DNA of 47,777 nt from Flavobacteriales bacterium (GCA_002737665.1 NSIF01000006.1:1-47777); one strand, 5' to 3'. Shown: positions 19,996 through 31,234, counted from the stretch's first letter. Numbers and translations: made by a program. Notes: generated from the sequence alone by a model not told the origin.

Positions 19996-21675
19996 ATGTC
20001 AGCTGAAGGAAGACAAATTATTTTTTCAATGGTGAATGTTTCTAAAATTCACCCGCCTCAAAAACAAGTGCTTAAGGATATTTATCTCTCTTTTTATTAT
20101 GGGGCTAAAATTGGTGTAATCGGATTAAACGGTTCTGGTAAATCTTCTTTGCTTCGGATAATTGCTGGCGTAGATAAAGATTACATTGGTGAAGTTCATT
20201 TTTCTCCAGGTTATTCCATTGGGATGCTCGAGCAAGAACCGAAATTGGATGAAACCAAAACGGTAATGGATATTGTGAAGGAAGGTGTGAAAGAAATCAA
20301 TGATACACTACGCGAATACGAAGAAGTAAATAATAAATTTTCGGAGCCCATGACTGACGATGAGATGACAAAACTCATTGATAAGCAGTCACGACTTTCT
20401 GAAAAAATTGAACAACTAGATGCATGGAATATTGAATCCCGTTTAGAGCGTGCGATGGATGCTTTGCAATGTCCTGAGGGAGATACACCTGTGAGTGTGC
20501 TTTCGGGTGGTGAACGTCGTCGTGTTGCGCTTTGTCGTCTTTTATTACAACAACCAGATATTTTATTATTGGATGAACCAACTAACCACTTAGATGCTGA
20601 ATCAGTTTTGTGGTTGGAGAATCATTTGCAATCGTATCCTGGAACAATTATTTCTGTAACACACGATAGGTATTTCCTTGACAATGTTGCAGGATGGATT
20701 TTAGAATTGGATCGTGGAGAAGGAATTCCGTGGAAAGGAAATTATTCGGAATGGCTGGATCAGAAATCTAAAAAATTAGCTTCTGAAGAAAAGACGGAGA
20801 GTAAGCGTCGGAAAAATTTGGAGCGCGAGTTGGAGTGGGTGCGTAAAGGTCCTAAAGGACGGCAATCGAAATCGAAATCGCGTCTTGCGAATTACGAGAA
20901 GATGATGAGTGAAGATATTAAACAGAAAGACGAAACTTTAGAAATGTTTATTCCCAATGGTCCTCGTTTGGGAAATGAGGTGATTGAAGCGGTGAATGTG
21001 AATAAAGCATTTGGTGATAAAGTGTTGTATGAAAATCTAAATTTTAAATTACCACCAGCAGGCATCGTTGGAATCATTGGACCAAACGGAGCAGGTAAAA
21101 CAACTTTATTTCGTTTAATAATGGCTGAAGATAAAGTTGATGGTGGTGAATTTAAAGTGGGACCAACCGTAAAAATCGCTTATGTCGATCAGGCCCATTC
21201 AGATATTAATCCAGAGCACTCCGTATTTGAAGCAATTACTGGAGGAACTGAATATGTTGAGTTATCCGGTGTGAAATTAAATTCACGTGCATACGTTTCT
21301 AAATTCCAATTTGCAGGACAGGATCAGGGTAAAAAGGTAAAGGTGCTGTCTGGCGGTGAACGAAATCGTTTACACTTGGCTTTGACCTTGCGTTCAGGAG
21401 CGAATGTATTATTGCTCGATGAGCCGACCAACGATATTGACGTAAATACAATGCGTGCTTTAGAAGAAGCGTTAGATAATTTTGCTGGATGTGCAGTAAT
21501 TATATCTCACGATCGTTGGTTCTTAGATCGAGTTTGCACGCACATTCTTGCTTTCGAAGGAAATGGTTCTGTTTATTTCTTTGAAGGTTCTTTTTCTGAG
21601 TATGAAGAAAATCGTAAGAAACGTTTGGGTGATTCTGAACCAAAGCGATTCAGATTTAAGAAATTGGTAGTTTAA
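19996..21675 (+). CDS. ettA: Energy-dependent translational throttle protein EttA (ABC-F)
   Basis: Two ABC domains (GLNGSGKS, LSGGERRR, LDEPTNHLD; GPNGAGKT, LSGGERNR) and the ELEWVRKGPKGRQSKSKSR linker. Confidence 0.96.
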   Translation: MSAEGRQIIFSMVNVSKIHPPQKQVLKDIYLSFYYGAKIGVIGLNGSGKSSLLRIIAGVDKDYIGEVHFSPGYSIGMLEQEPKLDETKTVMDIVKEGVKEINDTLREYEEVNNKFSEPMTDDEMTKLIDKQSRLSEKIEQLDAWNIESRLERAMDALQCPEGDTPVSVLSGGERRRVALCRLLLQQPDILLLDEPTNHLDAESVLWLENHLQSYPGTIISVTHDRYFLDNVAGWILELDRGEGIPWKGNYSEWLDQKSKKLASEEKTESKRRKNLERELEWVRKGPKGRQSKSKSRLANYEKMMSEDIKQKDETLEMFIPNGPRLGNEVIEAVNVNKAFGDKVLYENLNFKLPPAGIVGIIGPNGAGKTTLFRLIMAEDKVDGGEFKVGPTVKIAYVDQAHSDINPEHSVFEAITGGTEYVELSGVKLNSRAYVSKFQFAGQDQGKKVKVLSGGERNRLHLALTLRSGANVLLLDEPTNDIDVNTMRALEEALDNFAGCAVIISHDRWFLDRVCTHILAFEGNGSVYFFEGSFSEYEENRKKRLGDSEPKRFRFKKLVV

Positions 21676-21727
21676 ATTGTTGCATCTTAGTACAACGATA
21701 TATTTTTAAATCGGAATAAATTATTAA

Positions 21728-23128
21728 ATGGCCATCAATAAACCATCCATACCAAAAGGCACACGCGATTTTTCTCCAGATGAAATGGTTCGTAGGAATT
21801 ATTTGTTTGATACTATTCGTTCTGTCTTTAAAAAATACGGTTATCAGCCCATTGAAACTCCTGCAATGGAGAATATTGAATCACTTACAGGTAAATATGG
21901 TGACGAAGGTGATCAATTACTTTTTAAAATTTTAAATTCACGTCCTTACGAAGCGAAAGATAGCGACAAACAAAAAATGCGTGATGCTTTTAATCGTTCA
22001 TTGGCTCAGAATACAAATAATCCAGATTTAACCGAACGTGCGTTACGGTATGATCTCACCGTTCCATTCGCCCGTTACGTTGTGCAACACCAAAACGAAA
22101 TTACATTCCCATTCAAGCGTTATCAGATTCAACCGGTTTGGAGAGCTGATCGTCCTCAGAAAGGACGCTACCGTGAGTTTTTTCAGTGTGATGCTGATGT
22201 TATCGGAAGTAATTCATTAAATAATGAAGTGGAAATGGTGCAAATGATTGATGAAGTTTTTACTGCTTTGAAAGTTTCCGTAACAATCAAAATTAACAAT
22301 CGTAAAATATTAGCTGGAATTGCAGAAGTAATAGGTGAGAAAGATAAAATTGTTGACATCACAGTTTCTATTGATAAACTTGATAAAATTGGAGTGGATG
22401 GTGTAAATAAAGAACTTCTTGAGAAACAAATTTCAGAAACTGCAATTGAAAAACTTCAGCCTCTAATTATTTTTAAAGGTAATTACGATGAAAAAATAAA
22501 ATTGCTTTCGGAAATACTTTCAACTTCTGAAATCGGAATGAAAGGTGTTGAAGAAATAAAAACAATCTTCGATACATACAATACTTTAGAAAAAGAATTC
22601 CGAAACCAAAACTCAAGATCAACATTAGAACTTGATATTACATTAGCTCGAGGTTTGAACTATTACACTGGCGCAATCTTCGAGGTCAAAGCAAATGCTG
22701 GCACTTTTACCAGCAGTATCACCGGCGGTGGACGATACGACGATCTCACAGGAGTTTTCGGTTTAGCAAACATGTCTGGCGTAGGAATTTCATTCGGAGC
22801 GGATCGAATTTGCGATGTGATGGATGAATTGAAACTCTATCCTGAATCTGTCACTGCAGGCACACGTTTATTGTTTATTAATAATGGCGGAAAAAGCGAA
22901 GCAAATTCTCTTTTACTTTTAAAACAAGTTCGCGAAAAAAATATCGCAGCAGAAATTTACCCCGACAATGTAAAATGGGAAAAGCAAGCGAAATATATTG
23001 ATGCAAAAAAAATTCTATATACCGCAACAGTTGAAGACGATGGGAAAATCACATTGAAATTTCAAGATCAAGGGAAATGGAATACACTGAATGTTACTTT
23101 TGAAGAGCTAATAAATAAAATAGTTTGA
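21728..23128 (+). CDS. hisS: Histidine--tRNA ligase
   Basis: [52 protein letters not shown]. Confidence 0.97.
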   Translation: MAINKPSIPKGTRDFSPDEMVRRNYLFDTIRSVFKKYGYQPIETPAMENIESLTGKYGDEGDQLLFKILNSRPYEAKDSDKQKMRDAFNRSLAQNTNNPDLTERALRYDLTVPFARYVVQHQNEITFPFKRYQIQPVWRADRPQKGRYREFFQCDADVIGSNSLNNEVEMVQMIDEVFTALKVSVTIKINNRKILAGIAEVIGEKDKIVDITVSIDKLDKIGVDGVNKELLEKQISETAIEKLQPLIIFKGNYDEKIKLLSEILSTSEIGMKGVEEIKTIFDTYNTLEKEFRNQNSRSTLELDITLARGLNYYTGAIFEVKANAGTFTSSITGGGRYDDLTGVFGLANMSGVGISFGADRICDVMDELKLYPESVTAGTRLLFINNGGKSEANSLLLLKQVREKNIAAEIYPDNVKWEKQAKYIDAKKILYTATVEDDGKITLKFQDQGKWNTLNVTFEELINKIV

Positions 23129-23153
23129 ACCGCTCCTTTCCGTCTTTGCGGTT
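23128..23153. other. Short hairpin between hisS and hutH
   Basis: AACCGC...GCGGTT inverted repeat. It lacks a U-tract on the plus strand, so it is not a clear terminator. Confidence 0.35.
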
Positions 23154-23171
23154 AAAAAACGTATTAAGAAA

Positions 23172-24689
23172 ATGCTAGTCCACGAACTCTGTCCTACCAA
23201 GCCTCTCACACTCGAAGTAGTTGGAAAACTACTTAAGGAACTTCCGCATTTAAACTTATCTGCTGAAGCAGTAAGACGTGTCAATAAATCACACGAAGTG
23301 CTCACCAAAATTATTTCTGAATCTAAAAGTCCCATCTATGGAATAAATACGGGATTCGGCGATTTAAAAAATGTACAAATTTCACTTGATGATCTTTCAC
23401 AGCTTCAAACAAATCTTGTCATGTCGCATGCATGTGGAGTTGGAAATAAAATACCTGCTGAGGTGGTACGTTTGATGCTACTATTTAAAATACAAGGACT
23501 TATTCATGGATATTCAGGTGTGCAATTGGCTACGGTTGAATTGTTGATTGCTTTTTGGAATAAAAATATTTTGCCTGTAGTTTATGAACAAGGTTCATTG
23601 GGAGCCTCTGGCGATCTTGCACCACTTGCGCATTTGGCACTTCCTCTTATTGGTAAAGGAGAGGTCAGTTACAATGGTATTATTTGTCAAACGACAGTAG
23701 CGCTTAAAGAATGTGAACTTTCTCCCGTAAAATTAAAAGCGAAAGAAGGTTTAGCAATTTTAAACGGCACGCAATTTATGAGTGCTTGGGGGGTTTTTAA
23801 TTTATTACGTGCAAAGAATATTGTAGTTGCTGCAGATGTTATCGGTGCACTTTCTCTCGATGGATTTGATGGTTTGAAACAACCTTTTGATGCTCGTTTA
23901 CATACAATTCGTCCTCATGAAGGTCAAATAGAATCAGCGGCTCACATTCTTAATTTAATATCAAATAGTCAGATAGCAAATAAACTACCTGAGAAAAAAC
24001 ATGATGTGCAGGATCCCTATTCGTTTCGGTGCATGCCACAAGTTCATGGTGCTTCTCGTGATGCAATTGCCTATGTTGAAAGAGTATTTTTGACAGAAAT
24101 TAATTCAGTAACGGATAACCCAACTTTGTTTCCAAACGATGGGGAAATACTTTCAGGAGGTAATTTTCATGGACAACCACTTGCCCTTGCATTAGATTTT
24201 TTGGCTATTGCATTGTCAGAGATTGCGAGTATTTCTGAACGGAGAATATTTTTATTGATATCAGGAAAGCGAGGATTGCCTTCGATGCTTATTGCTAAAG
24301 CAGGATTAAATTCAGGATTTATGATTCCTCAATACACAGCGGCGTCAATTGTTAGTCAAAATAAGCAATTGTGCACTCCGGCCTCGGTTGATTCAATTGT
24401 TTCTTCAAATGGTCAGGAAGATCATGTAAGTATGGGCGCAAATGCAGCTACAAAATGTGCACACGTTGTTAAAAATGTGGAATGTGTTTTGGGTATTGAA
24501 CTGATGACTGGCGCTCAAGCTTTGGATTTCAGGTTGGAATCTGAAAAACTGGAAACTTCCTCATGTTTAAAAAAGATACATAGTTCATTTCGTGAAGTTG
24601 TTACATTTTTGGAAACTGATCGCGAATTGTATAATGATATTGCCACTTCAGAAAAATTTATTCGTGAATTTGATTTCCATAAGTTATAA
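23172..24689 (+). CDS. hutH: Histidine ammonia-lyase
   Basis: YGINTGFG, His-specific MSHACG, MIO-forming GASGDLAPLAH, QDPYSFRC.PQV.G, GGNFHG, QEDHVSMG. Confidence 0.96.
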   Translation: MLVHELCPTKPLTLEVVGKLLKELPHLNLSAEAVRRVNKSHEVLTKIISESKSPIYGINTGFGDLKNVQISLDDLSQLQTNLVMSHACGVGNKIPAEVVRLMLLFKIQGLIHGYSGVQLATVELLIAFWNKNILPVVYEQGSLGASGDLAPLAHLALPLIGKGEVSYNGIICQTTVALKECELSPVKLKAKEGLAILNGTQFMSAWGVFNLLRAKNIVVAADVIGALSLDGFDGLKQPFDARLHTIRPHEGQIESAAHILNLISNSQIANKLPEKKHDVQDPYSFRCMPQVHGASRDAIAYVERVFLTEINSVTDNPTLFPNDGEILSGGNFHGQPLALALDFLAIALSEIASISERRIFLLISGKRGLPSMLIAKAGLNSGFMIPQYTAASIVSQNKQLCTPASVDSIVSSNGQEDHVSMGANAATKCAHVVKNVECVLGIELMTGAQALDFRLESEKLETSSCLKKIHSSFREVVTFLETDRELYNDIATSEKFIREFDFHKL

Positions 24690-25264
24690 TGCGAAAAGAA
24701 TTTCTTTTACTATTTCTATTTTTTATTTGCGAAACTTCATTGTTGGCATGTGATTGCAAAATAGGGCCAATTAGCGAACTAACTATTGAAAATGAGGAAT
24801 TGATATTTCTTGGAAAAGTTGTAGCAATTTCCGGCTGTGATGTTGTGGCAAAAGTGAATTTTCAAGTTACCGAATTGTATCGTGGAAAATGTTTTGAAGA
24901 GACAGCAGTTGAATTTGATTGTAGTAGCGATTGCTTAATGAGTTTTGTTCCTGGACAAACCTGGTTGATTTTTGCTAATTATAAAAAATATGGCGAACCT
25001 AAAGTGAAGTTTTGTAGTTATTCTCGTCAACAATTTGAGCTTAATCAAGCTGACTATAATAGTGCCGTACATGGAATGGGATTTCAAGAGGAACGAGATT
25101 GGTTAAAAATCAAGTTTGGATTGCAAGCACTAAATATTAATAATAAAGGATTGCAGCAACACCACACGAATATTCGTCCTGCAGGTTTACAATTCCTTTG
25201 GTACATAGGTTTGGGTCTCGTAGTACTGGCAGGACTTTATTTTATAGGAAGGAAATTTTTCTAG
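24689..25264 (+). CDS. Exported TIMP/NTR-like protein with a C-terminal membrane anchor
   Basis: Signal peptide followed by C-D-C; IFLGKV; FQVTELYRG; DC..SFVPGQTWLIFA; FCSYS; C-terminal TM with a basic tip. TAATG overlap with hutH. Confidence 0.65.
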   Translation: MRKEFLLLFLFFICETSLLACDCKIGPISELTIENEELIFLGKVVAISGCDVVAKVNFQVTELYRGKCFEETAVEFDCSSDCLMSFVPGQTWLIFANYKKYGEPKVKFCSYSRQQFELNQADYNSAVHGMGFQEERDWLKIKFGLQALNINNKGLQQHHTNIRPAGLQFLWYIGLGLVVLAGLYFIGRKFF

Positions 25265-25289
25265 TTGTTTAAATATATTATTAAAAATT

Positions 25290-25973
25290 ATGCTTGACGT
25301 TATTTTTGAAGATAATCATTTGATTGCAATAAATAAGAAAGCTTCTGACATTGTTCAGGGGGATAAAACAGGTGATGTTCCATTGAGTGAATATGTGAAA
25401 CGATACCTAAAGGAAAAATACAATAAGCCAGGTGAAGTATATTGTGGTGTTATTCATAGATTAGATCGCCCTGTTAGCGGTGTTGTTTTATTTGCTAAAA
25501 CGGATAAAGCACTTTCGAGAATGAATGAAATGTTTCGTACTCGTGAAATTAAAAAAACATATTGGGCGATTGTAGGTACAAAGCCAGAAAAGGACGCTGG
25601 AATACTGATTCATTATTTAAAGAAAAATGAAAAAACGAATAAATCTCATGCTACACAATTTGAAGTAGCTGGGTCTTCTAAAAGTGAAACTGAATACAAT
25701 CTTATTGCTTCTTCTGATCGTTATTTTCTTCTTGAAGTTTTTCCACATACGGGTCGGCATCATCAAATAAGAGTTCAATTGCGAACGATGGGTTGTATTA
25801 TTAAGGGTGATTTAAAATATGGAGCGCCACGTTCAAATAAAGATGCTTCTATTTGTCTCCACGCACGACAGCTTGAGTTTATTCATCCTATTAAAAAGGA
25901 ACCAATTGTTCTTGTTGCTCCTGTCCCAAAAGATCCTTTATGGACTGCGTTTGAAAGTATGGTAAAAGGATAA
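25290..25973 (+). CDS. RluA-family pseudouridine synthase
   Basis: Catalytic IHRLDRPVSG, KTYWA, TGRHHQIRVQL, GDLKYG, LHA. Confidence 0.94.
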   Translation: MLDVIFEDNHLIAINKKASDIVQGDKTGDVPLSEYVKRYLKEKYNKPGEVYCGVIHRLDRPVSGVVLFAKTDKALSRMNEMFRTREIKKTYWAIVGTKPEKDAGILIHYLKKNEKTNKSHATQFEVAGSSKSETEYNLIASSDRYFLLEVFPHTGRHHQIRVQLRTMGCIIKGDLKYGAPRSNKDASICLHARQLEFIHPIKKEPIVLVAPVPKDPLWTAFESMVKG

Positions 25974-26057
25974 GTTCTTATTTTTTTAAAATTCATTTGA
26001 AAAAGTAAAAATCAATTTTATTGAACCTCTTTCCCTTTGTAGTTAGTAAATAAATTA

Positions 26058-26471
26058 ATGAAAAATATTTTAGTATTGTGTACTGGTAATTCTTGTCGGA
26101 GTCAGATGGCTGAAGGCTACCTTAGGTATTTCTCAGATGGTATGGCAGTTGTTTTTTCCGCAGGTATTGAAACGCATGGTGTAAATCCAAGAGCTATTTC
26201 AGTGATGTTAGCGGATGGTATTGATATTTCTCATCACACATCTAATAATGTGAATGAATACCTTGCTGTAAAATTTGATTTTATTATTACTGTTTGTGAT
26301 CATGCCAATGAAGTTTGCCCCGTATTTCCTTCTTCAGCCAAAAAGTTTCATTTTAATTTCCCTGATCCTGCAAAAGTGACAGGAGTGGAGGAGGAGATCG
26401 TTTTGGAATTTAGGCGTGTGAGAGAATTAATAAAAGTGTATTGTAAAGAATTTGTAACCTTAAATTTTTAA
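26058..26471 (+). CDS. arsC: Thioredoxin-dependent arsenate reductase (LMW-PTP fold)
   Basis: CTGNSCRSQMAEG, TVCD.A.E.CPVFP, FPDP; adjacent to acr3. Confidence 0.92.
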   Translation: MKNILVLCTGNSCRSQMAEGYLRYFSDGMAVVFSAGIETHGVNPRAISVMLADGIDISHHTSNNVNEYLAVKFDFIITVCDHANEVCPVFPSSAKKFHFNFPDPAKVTGVEEEIVLEFRRVRELIKVYCKEFVTLNF

Positions 26472-26479
26472 TATAATTT

Positions 26480-27550
26480 ATGACAGCAACTAATTGTGCT
26501 CCAACTTTAGAAAGAAAAAAACTGAGTTTCCTTGATCGTTATTTGACACTTTGGATTTTTTTAGCAATGGCGATTGGTGTTTCCACAGGATATTTTATTC
26601 CATCATCTGCGTCCTTCATCAATTCCTTTTCAAGTGGAACAACTAATATACCACTTGCTATTGGTTTGATTTTGATGATGTATCCTCCATTGGCTAAAGT
26701 TCGATATGAAAAAATGGGCGAAGTTTTTCGCGACACTAAAATTCTTTCATTATCACTCCTTCTCAATTGGGTTATTGGACCAATTCTAATGTTTGTTTTG
26801 GCAATTATTTTTTTACACGATTATCCTCATTACATGTCGGGACTTATTTTAATAGGACTTGCTCGTTGTATTGCAATGGTAATAGTTTGGAATGAATTGG
26901 CAGAAGGTAATAGAGAATACGCGGCAGGATTGGTTGCACTAAATAGTATTTTCCAGGTTTTATTTTTTAGTGTTTATGCATATGTTTTTATTACTGTCTT
27001 ACCTCCTTTATTTGGTTTCGAAGGCCTGGATGTTAATATAACTATATTACAAATTGCAAAAAGTGTTGCGATTTATTTGGGTATTCCATTTACTGCAGGG
27101 ATTGTCAGCAGATTTTTATTAATAAAATTGAAAGGTGAAGTATGGTTTGAAGAAAAATTTATTCCAAAGATTTCTCCAATAACGTTGATTGCATTACTTT
27201 TTACAATTATTGTTATGTTTAGTTTAAAAGGTCAATTGATTATGCAAATTCCTTTTGATGTGCTTCGTATTGCAATTCCTTTGGTTATTTATTTTGCAAT
27301 CATGTTTTTGGTGAGTTTTTTTATTGGTAAAAAAATGGGAGCTGATTATTCCAAGAATGCTTCAATTGCCTTTACAGCATCTGGCAATAATTTTGAATTG
27401 GCCATCGCAGTTGCTATCGGCGTTTTTGGAATTAACAGTGGCGAGGCATTTGTTGGTGTCATCGGACCTTTAGTAGAAGTTCCCGCTTTAATTGCACTAG
27501 TAAATGTTGCATTTATGCTGCGACGAAAGTATTACGGAAACGGATCTTAA
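26480..27550 (+). CDS. acr3: ACR3-family arsenite efflux transporter
   Basis: [59 protein letters not shown]. Confidence 0.96.
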   Translation: MTATNCAPTLERKKLSFLDRYLTLWIFLAMAIGVSTGYFIPSSASFINSFSSGTTNIPLAIGLILMMYPPLAKVRYEKMGEVFRDTKILSLSLLLNWVIGPILMFVLAIIFLHDYPHYMSGLILIGLARCIAMVIVWNELAEGNREYAAGLVALNSIFQVLFFSVYAYVFITVLPPLFGFEGLDVNITILQIAKSVAIYLGIPFTAGIVSRFLLIKLKGEVWFEEKFIPKISPITLIALLFTIIVMFSLKGQLIMQIPFDVLRIAIPLVIYFAIMFLVSFFIGKKMGADYSKNASIAFTASGNNFELAIAVAIGVFGINSGEAFVGVIGPLVEVPALIALVNVAFMLRRKYYGNGS

Positions 27551-27575
27551 TTTTGCATACTAAAGGTTGAATTTT

Positions 27576-28844
27576 TTAATGATCATTGAGAGGTAATCCT
27601 CTTTTTTCATATTCAATCCAATTTAAATATTCATCTCCTTTTCTTTGTTCTTCCATAGTAATACAGTCATTTACAGGACAAACAATTTTACATAAATTAC
27701 AACCAACGCATTCTTCTTCTTTTATTGTGTAAGTGTTATAGGGATGACCTTGTTTTATAGCTATGGCTTGGTGAGAAGTATCTTCACAAGCGATGTAACA
27801 TAATCCGCAGTTGATGCATTTGGCAGGATCTATTTTTGCTACTATGTGAAAATTTATATCGAGTTCTTCCCATTTGATTATTTTGGGAACCGACAGTCCT
27901 ATGAAATCATTTATATTTTTATATCCTTTATCATCCATCCAATTGTTCAATCCATCGCATAGATCTGTAATAATTTTAAATCCACTAATCATAGCTGCAG
28001 TACACACTTGTACATTACTAGCTCCAAGTAACATAAATTCTGCGGCATCTTTCCATGTTGATATTCCACCAATGCCAGAGATTGGTACGTTGCGAATTTT
28101 TTCATCTTGTGATAATGTGGTCAGCATCTTTAGTGCAATTGGTTTTACTGCTGGTCCACAGTATCCACCAAAAACAGATTTTCCTCCTACATTCGGATTA
28201 GGCACAAGCGTATCTAAATCAATACCTGTTACTGATTGAATTGTATTGATTAGTGAAAGTCCATTTGTTCCGCCTTCAATTGCTGCCAATGCGCCAGGAA
28301 CAGCAGAATGTACATTTGGAGTAAGTTTTGTTATTACAGGAATTGTTGCTACTTCCATTACCCATTCTACAACCATTTTAGCAATTTCAGGATCCTGTCC
28401 AACCGCAGCACCCATTCCTCTTTCCACCATACCATGAGGACAACCGAAATTTAATTCTAATCCATGCGCTCCCGTGTCTTCTGCTTTCTTAACCATTTCA
28501 TGCCAACTTTTTCTATCGTTATCAGCCATTAAAGAAACAATCATGGCACGATCTGGAAATAATCTTAGCACTTCTTTTATTTCTCTCAAATTCAGTTCAA
28601 GTGGTCGATCGGAAATGAGTTCAATATTATTAAATCCTATTGTTTTTGTTCCGTTGTAATTTAATGAAGAATACCTTGAGGAAACATTTTTCACCTGCGT
28701 TCCAAGCGTTTTCCATACAACACCACCCCAGCCGGCTTCATACGCACGAAGTACATTTATTTTTTTATCAGTCGGTGGCGCAGAAGCCAACCAAAAAGGA
28801 TTTGGAGATTTTATTCCAAGAAATACTGATTCTAAATTTGCCAT
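27576..28844 (-). CDS. preA: NAD-dependent dihydropyrimidine dehydrogenase subunit PreA
   Basis: NPFWLASAPPT, NNIELISDR, ELNFGCPHG, KLTPN, LINT, plus two C-terminal 4Fe-4S motifs (CINCGLC, CVGCNLC). Confidence 0.95.
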   Translation of the reverse strand: MANLESVFLGIKSPNPFWLASAPPTDKKINVLRAYEAGWGGVVWKTLGTQVKNVSSRYSSLNYNGTKTIGFNNIELISDRPLELNLREIKEVLRLFPDRAMIVSLMADNDRKSWHEMVKKAEDTGAHGLELNFGCPHGMVERGMGAAVGQDPEIAKMVVEWVMEVATIPVITKLTPNVHSAVPGALAAIEGGTNGLSLINTIQSVTGIDLDTLVPNPNVGGKSVFGGYCGPAVKPIALKMLTTLSQDEKIRNVPISGIGGISTWKDAAEFMLLGASNVQVCTAAMISGFKIITDLCDGLNNWMDDKGYKNINDFIGLSVPKIIKWEELDINFHIVAKIDPAKCINCGLCYIACEDTSHQAIAIKQGHPYNTYTIKEEECVGCNLCKIVCPVNDCITMEEQRKGDEYLNWIEYEKRGLPLNDH

Positions 28845-28882
28845 TTATTTTTATTTTGGAAATTCGATAATTAAATATTGAT

Positions 28883-30223
28883 TTATAATCCAAGGTATTC
28901 TAAAATTCCTTTTGCACCCATTTTTCCTGCTTGTACAGCGTCAACTACTTCCTTGCCACCATTTACTGCATCGCCTCCGGCAAATACACCTTTTAGGTTT
29001 GTTGCATTGTTTTTATCAATCATTATTTTTCCAGCTTTATTTTGAAGAGATGATGTGTTTACTATTTTTTCAAATGGAATTTGGCCCGCGGCTTTTATAA
29101 CCATATCTACGTCAATAGTAAATGTTTCACCTGTATCAACTGGCGCTCTTCTACCTGAGGCATCAGGCTCACCAAGCATTATTTTATTGCAAACAAGTTT
29201 TTTTACTTTACCATTTTCACCAATTATTTCTTTCGGACTTGCGAGCCAGATAAAAGTACATCCATCGAGTTTCGCTAAATCAAGTTCTACTTGAGTACAA
29301 GGTTTTTCGTTTTCTGTTCTACGATAAATCATTGTTACTTCTTTTGCACCTAACCTTTTTGATTGTGTGGCGGCATCAATTGCCGTCATTCCCATACCAA
29401 TTACTGCAACATGATCACCAACTGAAATTTTTGAATAATCATTGGTTCGCAAATCATAGATAAATGAAATTGCATCGATGACACCATCTAATTCCTCTCC
29501 TGGTATATTTAGAGATCGAGCAATTCCAACACCGATTGCTAAAAATACAGCATCATAATTTTTGTCAAGTTCTTCGAGAGAAATATTTTTTCCAAGTTCT
29601 TTTTTATATTGTACATCAATACCTCCAATAGAAAGTATATAATCTACTTCATCTTTACAAAACTCTGGAGTAACCTTGTAAGCAGCAACTCCGTAAGTCA
29701 TTAAACCACCACTTTTTTCTTCTTTTTCAAAAATAGTAACATCAATACCTTCTCTTGATAAAGCATGTGCGCATGACAAGCCAGCAGGTCCAGCGCCAAC
29801 AACAGCCACTTTTTTTCCAGTATTTTTTTTTCGGTCGAATAATTTCCAATTATTTGATATTGCTTTTTCTGTTGAGTAACGTTGTAGTTTTGCAATGTTA
29901 ATGGGCTCTTCCTCCATTAAATTAAAAACGCAAGCACCTTCACAAAGTTTTTCCACAGGACAAACTTTAGAACAACCTGCACCCATAATGTTGGATGTTA
30001 AAATTGTTTTAGCTGATCCTTTAACATTGCCAGTGGTAATTTGTTTGATGAATAGCGGAACATCAATACTAGTAGGACATGATTTTGTGCACGGGGCATC
30101 ATAACAATTAATGCATCGACTTGCTTCAATTAATGCACCTTCATCTTGCTCATAAGGAGGATGGATGTCGGAGAAATTTGCAATAAAATCTTTTTCTGTT
30201 AAACGATTACTTTGTATGGACAT
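28883..30223 (-). CDS. preT: Dihydropyrimidine dehydrogenase subunit PreT (GltD-like)
   Basis: RCINCYDAPCTKSCP, CSKVCP...CEGAC, VGAGPAGL, IGMGMTAID, FAGGD; adjacent to preA. Confidence 0.9.
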   Translation of the reverse strand: MSIQSNRLTEKDFIANFSDIHPPYEQDEGALIEASRCINCYDAPCTKSCPTSIDVPLFIKQITTGNVKGSAKTILTSNIMGAGCSKVCPVEKLCEGACVFNLMEEEPINIAKLQRYSTEKAISNNWKLFDRKKNTGKKVAVVGAGPAGLSCAHALSREGIDVTIFEKEEKSGGLMTYGVAAYKVTPEFCKDEVDYILSIGGIDVQYKKELGKNISLEELDKNYDAVFLAIGVGIARSLNIPGEELDGVIDAISFIYDLRTNDYSKISVGDHVAVIGMGMTAIDAATQSKRLGAKEVTMIYRRTENEKPCTQVELDLAKLDGCTFIWLASPKEIIGENGKVKKLVCNKIMLGEPDASGRRAPVDTGETFTIDVDMVIKAAGQIPFEKIVNTSSLQNKAGKIMIDKNNATNLKGVFAGGDAVNGGKEVVDAVQAGKMGAKGILEYLGL

Positions 30224-30276
30224 AATATTTTAATTAAATTGTATTCAAACGAATTTAATTTTGTTATATACAATAA

Positions 30277-31143
30277 TTATAATTCAGTGAGTCTTCCGTA
30301 TGTTTCTGGTCTTCTATCTCTGAAAAACTGCCAAGTTCCTCTTACTTCTTCAATCATATCCAAATCAAAGTCAGCAACTAATAACTCATCATTGTCTTCT
30401 GATGCACACGCAAATATTTGGCCACGTGGGTTAACGAAATAAGAATTCCCGTAAAATTTTCCAAGGTTCCATGGCTTTTCTACACCTACACGGTTAATGC
30501 AACCCATGAAATAACCATTGGCGACCGCATGGGCAGGTTGTTCTAGTTTCCATAAATATTGTGATAATCCTTGAACTGTAGCAGAAGGATTGTATACTAT
30601 TTCTGCGCCATTTAATCCTAAGCAACGTGCACCATCTGGAAAGTGTCTATCATAGCAGATGTAAACTCCAATTTTTGCATATTTAGTTTGGAAAACTGGA
30701 TATCCAAGGTTACCTGGTTTGAAGAAAAACTTTTCCCAAAAGCCAGATGTTTGTGGAATGTGATTTTTTCGGTATTTACCAAGATATGTACCATCTGCAT
30801 CAATTACAGCTGCTGTATTATACAATACGCCTTCTTGTTCTTTTTCGTAGATTGGAACAATGATAACCATTTGGTATTTTTTTGCATAGGTAGCCAATAA
30901 TTCTGTTGTAGGTCCAGGTACAGCTTCAGCAGAGGCATACCATTTTCTATCTTGTCCAGGACAAAAGTAGGGTGTGTTGAATATTTCCTGCAGACAAAGT
31001 ATTTGAACTCCTTTTTCTCCAGCTTCTATAATGTATGGAATATGTTTTTGCACCATTGCATCACATATTTCTTTAACGGTGCCTTCCCCTTCTGTGAGTG
31101 GAAGACTCATCTGAATTAGTCCTGATTTGATAATTCTTGCCAT
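30277..31143 (-). CDS. Beta-ureidopropionase (nitrilase/carbon-nitrogen hydrolase family)
   Basis: Glu-Lys-Cys triad in CLQE, YRKNHIP and ICYDRHFP; FWEKFFF; FFRDRRPE; pathway context. Confidence 0.88.
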   Translation of the reverse strand: MARIIKSGLIQMSLPLTEGEGTVKEICDAMVQKHIPYIIEAGEKGVQILCLQEIFNTPYFCPGQDRKWYASAEAVPGPTTELLATYAKKYQMVIIVPIYEKEQEGVLYNTAAVIDADGTYLGKYRKNHIPQTSGFWEKFFFKPGNLGYPVFQTKYAKIGVYICYDRHFPDGARCLGLNGAEIVYNPSATVQGLSQYLWKLEQPAHAVANGYFMGCINRVGVEKPWNLGKFYGNSYFVNPRGQIFACASEDNDELLVADFDLDMIEEVRGTWQFFRDRRPETYGRLTEL

Positions 31144-31234
31144 ATTTTTTTTGTTAATTAGTTAATTAAAGTAGAATTTTTCTATAATTTTTATTGTGAA
31201 GTAGCTTCTTAATTAATCTGTTGTTATTTTATAT

